From Ginglymostoma cirratum (lineage: Eukaryota): DNA of 64,000 nt. The translations under genes were made by a program, and so were the position numbers. Under the pieces are notes generated by a model. It saw only the letters and a list, made by a program, of their open reading frames with translations. It was not told the DNA's origin and ran no database searches. This document shows positions 25,313-37,159 of the stretch, piece by piece (position 1 is the first letter of the stretch; every line of letters starts with the position of its first letter). Location of the stretch: the NCBI GenBank assembly GCA_024137785.1, contig JAHRHZ010000042.1, positions 23,673,424-23,737,423 of the forward strand, read 5' to 3'.

Positions 25313-26561
25313 TATCCAGAAGATTCGCCGTAGCTAACATCCAGAAAACTAAAAATGGCTTCATTGTCTCTCTATCTTTGGAAATCATGCATCATTTCTA
25401 GTCAAACATCATCTCTGACCAAGAAGGCATATTGTTTGCCTCAACATCAAATGGCCATCTTATTATTTAATTATTTAAAATCGGGATTTTCCTTCTTCCA
25501 ACTGGGGAAGAATCTAGCTATTAGCTCTCACTTTACAAAACATCAAATTTTAACTGAGTGATCAGCCATGAGACTTTATTTTTAAAATGAACTCAAGGTT
25601 TCACCAATGAAACAATGTATTTTAAAAGCATTTATTGAAATTTTGTAACTAGGTTTGGGGAGACAAAGAGAGACTGACAATTGCCAGACATGGTAGCAAC
25701 GAACAAGGAGCAGGGCACAGCTTAAAAGTCTTGAGGCATCCATGATGATTGTGATGACTAATTTACTGGAATCTCTCCTAAATTATGCTGTCTTTTTTAA
25801 GGCAGCCTCAGGAGCTTTTCTGTGACTACTTATTTTCTGCTTTGCCGTCATGTCCTTTTCTTTTGTTTAAATTATCTTGTCACGATTAAAAAGTTACTAG
25901 ATGTTTTTCGTTGAACCAGCAATCGTGATGTTATTGTGTAAGATGCATTCTCACCACATTATCAAAATGATTGCTATTGACAAGCTGCTTCACAGAGTGA
26001 TAAACTATAATAGCACTCATAGTATTGTGCTCTATCCTAGCCTTAAAACACAGAATGCTAAGCATCTCTATTTATCGACAGGCTAGGATGACAAAAAAGA
26101 AACAAGAATTATCTTTGTCATAAGTTGAAAGGTGCAAATCATATGCTGAGTAATCACGGTGGCTTCAAAATCAACTGTGCTAGCAACGGGGTAAAATGCC
26201 TATAATTTTCATCTGGAATTCTTCTAATACATCAGAGGTATTAAACAAAGGACATAAACTGATGGCACATGAAGTTATGTCTGCTATAATTGTGGAAAGT
26301 GCGTTAAATAGGCAGTTTTGCCAATTACCCCATAGTTCAATTTCAAAGTCAGCATCCCATATCCCTCAATACCCCAGCAACAGCGTTGCATCTAGTGGCA
26401 AGCTCTGTAAATTAGATTCTTTTCACTTCAATCTTCATATCATATAATTTTTGTGCCACAAATTGCTGGAAATGCGAACTGATAAAGATGCAGTGAGGTT
26501 ATCTGGGTCTTCGATAGAAAAAGAAATGAAGCCAATGATGTGGGTAAAAATTTGGGTTTAC

Positions 26562-26568
26562 CAAAGTA
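26562..26568 (-). CDS. NTM: Candidate 7-nt frameshifting NTM microexon (or start of a short alternative terminal exon)
   Basis: Long pyrimidine tract ...tctctctttccctctctttgtttcgtttccag|TACTTTG|gtaaac. No AG on the minus strand from 26716 to 26571. The donor is only moderate. Confidence 0.45.
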
Positions 26569-27550
26569 CTGGAAACGAAACAAAGAGAGGGAAAGAGAGA
26601 ATGAATAAAGAGAAATAGAAAAGACACAAAATGGATACATAAGAAAATAATTTGAAATTTGCAGAACAAATCCAGCAATTTATCGATAGTCATTGCCAGC
26701 CAATGATGACATGCCACTTCATGTTTTCAGAAGCTAGAGCTGAGTGGAGGAGCACAAATGATCAAGCAATTTCTGCAAAGTCGTAATTTTGTTGCCTCAA
26801 ATTGCTGTTTCTTTATATATAAAACTTATATTGGCACCTGAAAATACTATAACTCTCCCTGAAATATCTGAGTCATGATCTTTATCATGTTTTCCTACTT
26901 AGCCAACATGATTGAAATGAACTTTTGCTAACAGGCCTGAATCCTGGCTTAAAATTAAGCAATTAATCACACAGCGGTCTGTAACATAACATTTTCAGTG
27001 ACCAAATCACATCTGGTAAGATCACTCTTCTCTTTTAATATGATTCGACATTGTATGTTGATCTTACCAGGGATTGGGCTGTCTTCTTTCCCATGAGCAA
27101 AAACTTTCAAAATACTGTCATATCACAATAATGCATATATTAAATATTTCAGTGTACAATTTGAAATGGTCCAAAGCTACTGATGAAAATAGAAACACAC
27201 ACATGCACATGTTTACAATGCATTCACTACAACAAACTGGACAACTGAACCAGGTCACTACTAATTGTGCTAATTGAACTACATGAATGGAAACACTACA
27301 AAGCAACAGACATTTTAAAGGGATCTGAATATTGGGAATTAATGCATGGAGCAAATTTTACTATGAAGCTATAAAGAGACAACAACTGTACTGGTATTGA
27401 AGACCAATTTCTTTGGGTTAATGGGTTAATTTGTTTGCTTGAACACCAGCATCTAGTTTAGTATCCTTTAGAACTCACAGAGACTGTTAAGTTGTAGTGC
27501 AGTTACAATTTCTTTCATGCATTTTAATCTTTTTCTTCAATTTTACAAAC

Positions 27551-27586
27551 CTTTCCAATTTGCAAGAACTGTGGAAGTTTTCTCTT
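27551..27586 (-). CDS. NTM: NTM 36-nt phase-1 microexon (E)EKTSTVLANWK
   Basis: ttttttgctttcttcaattttttttag|AAGAGAAAACTTCCACAGTTCTTGCAAATTGGAAAG|gtttgt. Frame-preserving. Resembles the amniote NTM cassette EVKTTALTPWK that precedes GPGAV. TGCATG lies ~30 nt downstream. Confidence 0.8.
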
Positions 27587-29921
27587 CTAAAAAAAATTGA
27601 AGAAAGCAAAAAAGCTTATGATGAACAATTTAAATGTAAACTAAGTTGCAACAAGAGTGTGGAGGAAACTTCAATACAGGATTTTAGTCTTAGTCATATG
27701 ATGCAATTGATGCCAGATCCAGAACAAAACACATGCAGTCTGAAATCAAAGGTTCAGTGTTACAAAGGGTGGGGATGCCAGTGTCTGGCATAAAACTACT
27801 GCAGGCACTAGAGGTGAAGTAGCCAAAACAAGAGCATCTGCTGGAGAAAGTTGTGACCTCCCTTTTGGAAGCTATCAAAACTGTCTCCTTCGTACCAGAA
27901 CTTAAAGCAGCAAAATTCTCAGAAGAGGAGTTGGCAGAACTCTCACTAACAATAAAAATTCTGCCAACCATCTTATTTCATTTGCATGCAAAAGAAGATT
28001 TTAATATCTTGCAGGTTAAATTACAGTGTTAATAATTTTGAATACTCAAACCATCAATGGATTGTTGATTCGAGAAAATTAGAACTGTATGTGCTGTTGC
28101 AAAATTTAGGTTTGGGACGGTTTTAGCAGTCTTGAATGCATAATACTCACTCAGCAATGTTTATTAAATTGGATATTTAATTCAAGAAGCAAGTATGAAT
28201 TCAGACTGAAGATATAATGAAGATTTGTCAATAGAAAAAATAGATTTTGGGCTTGCCCACTGACCGCAACAGTTATAGATTAATTCATAAGATCGACAAT
28301 ATACATTTTTAACTATGACAAATCATTAAAAAGATGATTGCAACAATATCAATGTAAATGATGCAAGTAATAAAACAGCTCAGCTCAAAGCAATGTATAG
28401 CAGTGTCTGCAAGAAATGTTAGTTCAAATATTTGATTCCTTATTTTATCTCCTTCAAACTTATAGATACCATATAGTTATCACCGTAAATATTATTCTGA
28501 AAGTTTCAACCTTTCTTCAGCACAATTCTCAATTTGAATTTAAACAAACTGCAATGTCGATGGTATTAACTGAATTTTGAGGGAGAAGCAACATTAGTTA
28601 TTTTAAAAGACAGATCTGGATGAACAGTCAAATGATACACAAGGTTAAACAGCACGTTTCTCCACAAATGAAATGGAATTTTTACCTCACTGCCCATAAA
28701 ACCACTTTTTTTTTATTGTAACCACTGCCTATTCTGTTCTAAATCAATGTGAGTCCCATTTCTCATGTCATTTGAAACACCATTATGGCTAAAATATGAA
28801 TTGGTTATATTGGACCCCTGCTGTTTACTGCATGTAATGACACTGGATTCTTGCATTTCTAGTACAAATCCTTACTAATTCCACAAATGGATTGATAGCA
28901 GTTAAATAACTTGTTCCTTTACTCGTAAATAAGTGAAAATGTTCTTCATAGGACAAACAATTTATTCTTAAAGATGTGCATCAGACTACTGTTGAACACG
29001 TTATGAGTACAAGGAAGTTTAATGGTAGAAAGGATCGGAATGTGTCTTTTTATCCTTTGGAACCTGAGCTTGAACACAAACCAAACTGGAGCTCTGAAAG
29101 TTTTTTTTTTGTCTGGAGGTTGACATGAACAGAGCTTAGGAAGTGTCAATTAAGTTCTTAGTAGCTCCAGGGGACAAAATTGCTCATACATTACCATAAG
29201 TGAACATCACATGTGGGTCAAGGATTCCATAAGGACCATTTATGTGGATTGTTGAAAAATCAAATTTGTAAGATTGAACAGTGCCTTTTAGAGATGAGGG
29301 AGGAATATTATTAGGGGAGGGTTCCAAATGAGATAACTTTGTACCTATGCTAGCATGTAATATTAAGAACTGTACTGATAATTCAGATTCCTTCCCAAAC
29401 AACACATAGGACTCTTGCTCAAGTCAACTGGTATTAGCTAATTTCCAGTAACGTGGTCCATACTCGAAAGACCACAATGTTCACTCATTGTGTCATACCA
29501 TTGTGTCATACCAGCAAAGGTTCCCAGAATGGGTCTGACAAACCAAGTCTGGAAAACAACATTTTCACCTCCAAGTGAGAATGATCTTTACCTATATTGA
29601 CCATTCCCTAAATAGTTAAAAATGCTACACAAATTTAGCATTGCGCTCAGTTGACTCATAAGTCATCCAAGGAGTCAACAATTTCCTCCTATTATTCACA
29701 ATGTCGTGCGTGTCAGGGGTTGCAATTGCATAAGTGCTTGCTGTGGTAACAATTGATTTTGTTTCAGAACAAATCTTTTGATTATCTTAAAACTAAACAG
29801 AGATTAGCAAGACATTTAGACGTGTCTCTGATCTGACATTATCTACTTGTTGATCTGATACCAGAAGAACAGGTTAGAGATTTTCTATTTGTTCTGAGGT
29901 CATTGTTATTATATTATGAGT

Positions 29922-32243
29922 AACACAGAACGTAGAACATAGGGCAATACAGCACAGGTATTGGCTCTTTGGCCCACCATGTCTGTGCTAACCATGATGT
30001 GAATTTAAATTAATCCCAACTGCCTGCAAATCGTCCATATCCCTTTATTCTTTGCCTGCTCATGTGCCTGTCTAAATGCCACGTTCATTGCTGTCGTATC
30101 TGCTTCCACCACCTCCCCTGGCAGTATGTTCCAGGCACCTACTATCTTCTGTGGGAAAAAAAATTTCCTCACATATCTCCTTTAAACTTTACTTCGCTCA
30201 CCGGAAATGCATTGCTGCTAGTATATAGCATTCCAGCCTGGGAAAAAGACTCCAACTATCTACCCTGTCTATGCCTCTCCTAATTATATATACTTCTATC
30301 AGGTTGCCCCTCATTCTCTAGCAAAAATTATTCCAAGTTTGTCCAACCTCTCCTTGTGGCTAATACACTTCACTCCAGGCAACATTCTGGTAAACCTCTT
30401 CTGCACCCTCTCCAAAACCTTCACATCCTTCCTATAGTGTGGTGACAAGAACTGTGCACAGGACTTCAACTATGGCCTGACCAATTTCTATTACATTGCA
30501 ACATGACCTGCCAACTCTTATACTCAATGCCCCAATCAATGAAGGCAAGCATGCCGTATGTCTTCTTTATCACCTTATCTATTTGGGTTGCCACTTTCAG
30601 GGAACTGTGGACTTGGACCCTAAGCTCCCTCTGCATAGCAATGCTCCTAAAAGTCTGGCCATTTACAATTATACCTTCCTCTTGCATTTGACCTTCCACA
30701 GAGTATCCCCTCGCATTTACCCAGATTAAACTCCATCTGCCATTTCTCACCCAACTTTCTAACTGATTGATATCCTACTACAACCTTTGATAACTTTTCT
30801 CACTATCCACAACTCAATCAATTTTTATATCATCTGCAAACGCACTAATCAGACCACCTGCATTTTCATCCAAATTGATTGTGGATATTAGCACTGATCC
30901 TTGTGGAACACCATTGATCACAGACTCCAAGTCAGAAAAATACCCATCCACAAATATCCTCTGTCTTCTACGGCCAAGTCAATTTGGTGCGCAACTTGCC
31001 AACTCACCATGTGATTTGATCTTCTAGACTAGTCTACCATGAGAGACTTTGTCAAATGTTTTAGTAAAGTCCACGTAGACAACATTCATGGCCTTAACAT
31101 CATCAATTATCTTCATCACTTTTTCACAATACTCAATCAAGTTTGTGAGACAAGACTTCCCCTGCATACAGCCATACTGACTATCCCTAATAAGTCTATT
31201 TTTCTCCAAATGTAAGTAAATCCTTTCCCGAAGAATCTTCTCCAGTAACTTCCCTACCACTGATGAAATGTTTACCAGCCTATAATTTCCTAGATTATTT
31301 TTGCTGCTCCCCTTGAACAAAGTAACAATGTTGACTAATCTCCAGTCTTCTCAGACCTTGCTTGTGGTTGAAGAGCATACAAAGATCTCTGAAAAGACCT
31401 CGGCAATTTCCTCCCTTAACTTCATTCAGTATCCTGGAATAGATCACTTCAGGCTCTGCGGATAATCTAACTTAATGTTTTTCAAGACATCCAAGACCTG
31501 CTCCTTCTTAATATCAACATGCCCGAGAATATCAACATATCCCACTCTAATCTTACCATCGTCTGTATTTTCTTCCTTGGTGAATACTGATGCAAAGTAA
31601 TTATTAAGGATATCACCCACTTCCTCTGGCTCCACACATAAAACCAATCCTTTGTCCTTGAGTAGATCTACTCTTTCACTGGTTACCTTCTTACTCCTAA
31701 TATAAATATAAAGAACCTTGGGATTCTCCTTAATTCTACTTGCCAAGGACATTTTCTTCTAGTCCTCCTAATTTATTTTTGAAATTCTTTTATATTTCTT
31801 TTATAGTTCTCAAAGCCCTTGTTTGATTTCTGTTTCCTAAATCTTACATATGCTTCCTTTTTCTTTTCAACTAAGCTTACAACATCTCATATCAACCTTG
31901 GATCTTTCTGAATCTTGCCGTCTTTCTCTTTCATCGACAGAGGAACATGCTGGTCCTTTTAAAAGTCTTCCACATGTCAGCTGTGGATTTACATTCAAAA
32001 GCTTCCCCAATTCAATTTTTCCAGTTTCTACCTAATACTGTTGTTAATAAGCCTTCCTCCAATGTATCACTTTCACCTGAAGACCAGACTTCGTCCTTTT
32101 ACATAATCATCTTTAAACTTACAGAATTACGATCACCGTTCCCAAAATGTTTCCCTACTGCAACTTTGATCAGCTGGCCAGGCTCATTCTCCAACACATG
32201 GCCCTTTTCCTTGTTGGACGATCTGCACATTGTTTCAAGAAAG
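29922..32243 (-). mobile_element. 5'-truncated CR1 LINE (ORF2 RT, degenerate)
   Basis: GNYRLVNISSVVGKLLEKILRERI..QYGCMQGKSCLTNLIEY..YVDFTKTFDKVSHGRL (31024-31320) and IKENPKVLYIYIRSK (31444-31752). 3' tail with agaaca(t/c) repeats near 29922. Confidence 0.95.
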
Positions 32244-32299
32244 GTTTCAAGATATGTGTCATCATGGTTCAGTGCTGCCTTTGAATTTAAAGACTAAAT

Positions 32300-32428
32300 T
32301 CTCACTCTGAAGGGTTACAGATACTTATAATCCTCCTGTTCAGAGATTTTATGGCACACATCTGGAGCAGGTAAAATTTGAACTCAAGCCTTTTGACCCA
32401 GAGGTAGGGGCATTACCACTGAGCCACC
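32300..32428 (-). mobile_element. tRNA-derived SINE, 5' part
   Basis: Minus strand gtggctcagtggtaatgcccctacctctgggtcaaaaggcttgagttcaaatttt carries A and B boxes. Confidence 0.65.
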
Positions 32429-32429
32429 A

Positions 32430-32790
32430 ATGGTGGGTTTTGAACCCACTCCAAGGATTTGTATACTGTGTAAACTCCATGCTGACATTTCAATGTAGAA
32501 CTGAGAGTGCTCATTTTGGAGGTGATCCCTTTTCGACTGAGGTTTCATCTATTGATTACGACTGACTTTAAAAAAATTCCACAGTCCTAAGTAAAGGAAA
32601 GGAGTGGAGTTGTGTTAGTCAACACTTATTCCTCAAACTCCACCACTGACCAGTTTGCTCTGTGCAAAGTGACTCTCCTGCTTGCCTGCATAATAACATT
32701 CACTGCTTTAATGTATTTATTTAGCATTAAGGTACATTAGAGTGACCAAAGGACATGAAATTTGCACTAAAAATTACTTAATTCTTTCCA
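32430..32790 (+). mobile_element. DeuSINE (SacSINE1/AmnSINE1-like), old copy
   Basis: B-box-like gggttttgaacccactcca, then gctgacattttcaatgtagaactgagagtgc...tttgctctgtgcaaagtgact...cataataaca, the Deu-domain pattern. Confidence 0.6.
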
Positions 32791-34106
32791 ATACTTGAAA
32801 ACTTGACCTTGCAAGGCTCTGGGGTTAACATGCATTCATCAATCATCATGATTGACTTCACACGACGATTGGTGCTGACTTTGATGCAGACGTGCTACAG
32901 CAGGGGTGTCCAAACTTATTACGTATTATTATGATTTTTTTTTCAAACATAGGACCATTAATGCTTTGTCTGAGGCTAGCGTTTGAGAGTCTGGTAAAAG
33001 ATGAGGGAATGGCACATGACAAGACTTTGGGAATGGTGGGGTGGAAGAGAAAAAAGAATGAGGGAGACTGTGGGAATGGATGGTGATGTGGTCTGTACTA
33101 GCTGGAAGGGGTTGAAGAACAGATGATGAGTTGGGGGCGGTGTTGACAAGACTATCCCCAGTCTCTTTCTCTCCCTCCTCCTTTGTTTTTCACTCCCTTG
33201 TTCTCTTTACTCATCCCACACCCCCAACAGTCCCTCTCTCTTCCCTCCACCTTCCTCTCCCTGTCTTTTCCGCCCTATCTCTCCATTTCCCATCCTCTCT
33301 CTTTTAGCTTTCTTTATGGTGCCAGCCATTTCCCAAACCAAGCTAAAAACCTGATCCCTGCCTACCCTTACATAGGCTCAGTGGCACATCTTCTCTACAT
33401 TTTGAAGTATCACTGTAAGGAGAAGCTGGCGGGCTGTGGGAAAATCTGCAAAACTTTACAGAAACCTGACAGCATCGTACCTTCCATTTCTTAACTCTGG
33501 TGGTCAGCAGGCTGGATATCAACTGCACTGTGGCCTATTGGCAATGCAATACACCCGCATGGTGGATGAAACTGACCCCAAAAGTCCTAAAGTACCCTAG
33601 ATCCAATCACTAGAGAAAAGTCACTCACATAAACAGAATGTAATGAAGAGTTCTCCTCCAGTCACGGGCTAATTCTTGATCAGTCAACTAATAGCACCAG
33701 CAGCTGCCAATGTGGAAGGCAAACCATCTGTGATGGAAAGATTAGTGAGCTGTCAGGTACCTGAGTGTTAGCAGCAAGGGCTTTACTGCGAAGAAAAACC
33801 ACCTGTGAGGGGAAGTGAAGGGGGTGTGGGAGTGGGAATGGAGGCAAAGGGCACATTGGGTATGGAAGACGGTGGCTGCAGGGAACTGGAGGGGGTTGAG
33901 ATCCAGCAGCCAGCAGAAATTTTTGTGATAGTGTGTCTATGTTTTATAACCGTGCATTGTTTGAAAATGTCTGCAGGACCAGATTTCATTGGATTTATAT
34001 GAGCGGTTGATGAAGTCATGATACGGTTTGACCCGGCAATGTTTATGAACAAATTCGTCAGCGCATTATCACTACTGGCGTGGTTGTAGACAAAGACGGG
34101 ACATTG

Positions 34107-34690
34107 TGGTTGGTTGGCTCGCTGAGCTAGTTTGTTGTTCTGCAGATGTTTCATTACCCTACTGGGTGACATCATCAGTGCAGCCTTCGATGAAGAGCTG
34201 TTGTGTTTTCCTGCCTGGTATTTAAACTCTGGGGTCCGTTGAGCTGGATTACCTCACTTCCGGTTTTCCTTCGCAGTGAAGTGTATATAGGGTCGATCTC
34301 TATGTGCTTGTTGATGGCTTTCTTTGTGGAGTACCAGGCTTCGAGGAATTCCTGTGCTTGTCTCTGCTTTGCTTGTCCCAGATCTTGGTGTTGTTCCAGT
34401 CGTGTTGGTGGTTCTCCTTATCCACATGGAAGCCTGGTACTCCATGAAGAAAGTCATCAACAAACACATAGAGATTGACCCCATATATATTCCATTACGA
34501 AGGAAAACCAGAAGTGAGGTTATCCTGCTCAATGGACACGAGAGTTTAGATAACAGGCAGGAAAACACAATGGCGCTTCATCGGAGGCTGCCCTGATGAT
34601 GTGATACGATCTGGAGAACAACAAACCAGCTCGGCGAGCCAACCAAACACAACATCCACAACTCAAGCGACAAATCTACTCTAAAACCTT
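34107..34690. mobile_element. Penelope-like element insertion with inverted 3' arms (GIY-YIG C-terminus plus pLTR)
   Basis: Both strands encode EAWYS.KK.INKHIEIDPIY..LRRKT.SEVI (ORF 34324-34596 on +, mirror copy on -). The minus arm also has HVDKENHQHDWNNTKI..QAKQRQAQEFL. Diverged flanking duplication at 34092-34106 and 34691-34705 (12/15). Confidence 0.85.
34141..34182 (-). ncRNA. Minimal type I hammerhead ribozyme motif (PLE-associated, partly decayed)
   Basis: TGCA-CTGATGA-T-GTCACCC-AGTA-GGGTAAT-GAAA-CATC-TGCA: 4-bp stem I, 6/7 stem II, intact core. Confidence 0.7.
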
Positions 34691-34899
34691 AAAGAGGGAA
34701 CAATGAATGACTAAGAGATGTGTCATTGTTCTTGCAATGACTCATTTCTCTGGTTGAAGAAATATGTTGGAGAATAGAAATGTGCATCAGTGTAACATCC
34801 GGGGAGACAAAAGCACCTGATCCTGGTAGCACCCATGTAATATAGTGTATTGGCAAAGAATGTGTTCCTCCATTTTTAAGAAGACCAGAAAATGGAGTT

Positions 34900-34986
34900 G
34901 ATGATCATGTCAGCCATGATCTCTTGAATGGTAGAGCAGACTTGATGCACTGAATGGCTAACTTCTGCTCTTGCGTCTTATGGTCT
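34900..34986 (+). mobile_element. CR1 3' tail fragment
   Basis: tcagccatgatctcttgaatggtagagcagacttgatgcactgaatggctaacttctgctc...ttatggtct, matching the end of the LINE at ~52620-52670. Confidence 0.65.
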
Positions 34987-35244
34987 GAGATAAATATATT
35001 TATGATGGACACAATACTCCACAGTTGATGGCCTGACATTTTTTCTATTCAGATCAAAAGAAAAAAACCCACAAATCCCGTATTGCACTATTACAGCCAA
35101 TACTCAATATTTATTGTTTCTATATTCCGAACTGCTGGAGACAAAAAGAGTTCTGTACTATATCGAGGAGCCCAATCTCATTGAAGGAAGGCAGACAAAA
35201 TTAAATCACAATCACCATTTTAACCATAATAGATTTTCATTTAA

Positions 35245-35548
35245 GGGAAGATGGTGCAGAATAGTAAAGTCACTAAACTAGCAATCCAGGAACTCAGGCT
35301 AATGTTTTGGGGATTGGGGATTAAATCCAACCATGGGAAATAATGAAATTTGAATTCAGTAAAAATCTGGAAGACAAATTAATTTAATGGTAACCATGTA
35401 GCCAGTGCTGATTGTCATCGGAATGCATCTGGGTCACTAATAACTTTTAGTGAAGGAAATCTGCCATCCTTATCTAGTTCCATCTGGGGATGGATAATGA
35501 ACGCTCACCTGGCCAGTGATGCTCACATGAACAACAATTAAAAAAACA
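35245..35548 (+). mobile_element. tRNA-derived SINE (same family as 53491-53856)
   Basis: aatttgaattcagtaaaaatctggaa...tctgggtcactaataacttttagtgaaggaaatctgccatcctta...ggccagtgatgctcacat, then an A-rich tail. Confidence 0.75.
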
Positions 35549-36231
35549 ACAATCAGCAGTAAAAACTAAGTTTGATATTATTTGATTTTGACAAAAAGTG
35601 TGTATTTTTTGAAAGAGTTGCTTCTTCATTCCGTTTCGGTGAAGCATTTAAGGCAATTGCATTGATTATCTGTCTAAATCGACAACTGGAATATTCCCTT
35701 TAATGACCATTAACTGACATGAAGAATGCTATGAATGAGGTGGATGCAATTCAAAACACTTGTTGCAAATGCAAATAGAAATTTCAGTATCTGACATGGA
35801 AATATCAACAATCATATGATCTAAAATTTATGGTGGCTGTAAACTGGTTATCAAAGGATTAAACAGAACCTGGGATCATTTGTACTTTGGACTGCGAAAT
35901 TTACTGAATATATCTTTCTGAATATTTTGCAGGATTTGTTCTTAGAATAACACTGAACATCTCTAAAAACTAGGTTCAACTTTGGTAGAGTGATGCGCTG
36001 CAGTCTACTACTCTCATGGTTAGCCTTAGATTTTGCTGTTTGTTCTTGCTGACATATGACTCAGGGAGTTAGCCACAATAACATTTTGCTGGAGTGTTAT
36101 GCAAAATATGATTTTGCCATTTTATGGGTGGGTGGCGAATGCCCGAAGGAGAGGATAAATAGATTTAGTCCACCTTGTTTGTCTATCACTTCAGAGCTCA
36201 ATTGGAAAATCAAAGGAACTTCAACAATGTG

Positions 36232-36490
36232 GGAGCTGGTGGTTCGGTGGAGACGGCCCTGGACCTGTGATCCAAAATCTCAGGCATTTTGTTATGAGGA
36301 TAATGGCACAAATGTCATCATGGTAACTGATGGAATTTAAGTTCAAATAATATATCTTTAAAATGTCTAGTTTTGAAAGCTAGTCTCAGGAAAGGGGGCC
36401 ACAAAATTATCAATTGTTATTAGAACCCATCTGGCTCACTAACATCATTTAGGGAACGACATTTGTTACCCTTACCTGACCTGGCCTACA
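36232..36490 (+). mobile_element. tRNA-derived SINE, 3'-truncated (same family)
   Basis: aacccatctggctcactaacatcatttagggaacgacatttgttacccttacctgacctggcctaca. Confidence 0.65.
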
Positions 36491-37159
36491 ATACCCTCAA
36501 GCACTGCTCAAACTGTCACCCCATCATTATTCATCTATTGCCAATCATGATCTGTCAGGCCTCATATCTAATTTGACCAGGCTTCAAGGGACCCTCTTAT
36601 TCTCATCACTTCTGCATGTTTCACATGTTGCACATACTGGATGGAAGACTGAGCCTTCCTTGAGGTTATGTTTGTGACATGGGGACATTTAATCAGGGTG
36701 AGTACAGCCTTACTACATACCCACCTCCGGCTCTGATTTAATCAATTGCAGGAGGGTCAAGGACAACCATCAAATCCTTTCTCTATTTGAAGCCCTTAAG
36801 TGGCTAGCTATTGACTACAGACTGGGCATTGTCTCATTGTCACTGATATTAAGCCAGTAGTGCGTTGAGCTTTGTGTAGCGGCATAGATGAGAACCATTG
36901 GCTCATTTACTTGCTGGCTCCCAGTGGTTTGGGCTTCCTGAGGGGGGTATATTCAAAGGACACTCTGACAGTCATATCCAACGTTTCTGCAACTCCTCTA
37001 CACTCTGCCCCCCTGAGTCCCTCATCTCTCAAAGACTCTTCTGCTACCAACCACTGGGGCTTTCAATAGCTGTCATTCCCGCAGCAGTTAGCACCTCCAT
37101 AGTGACACAGACATTCAAAAGAGTTCCTGCTCTCCGACTGATCAGCAACTCTCCTGAAA

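Noticed and set aside
32901-32916. caggggtgtccaaact, resembling a hAT terminal inverted repeat
   Set aside because: No convincing partner TIR or 8-bp TSD was found.
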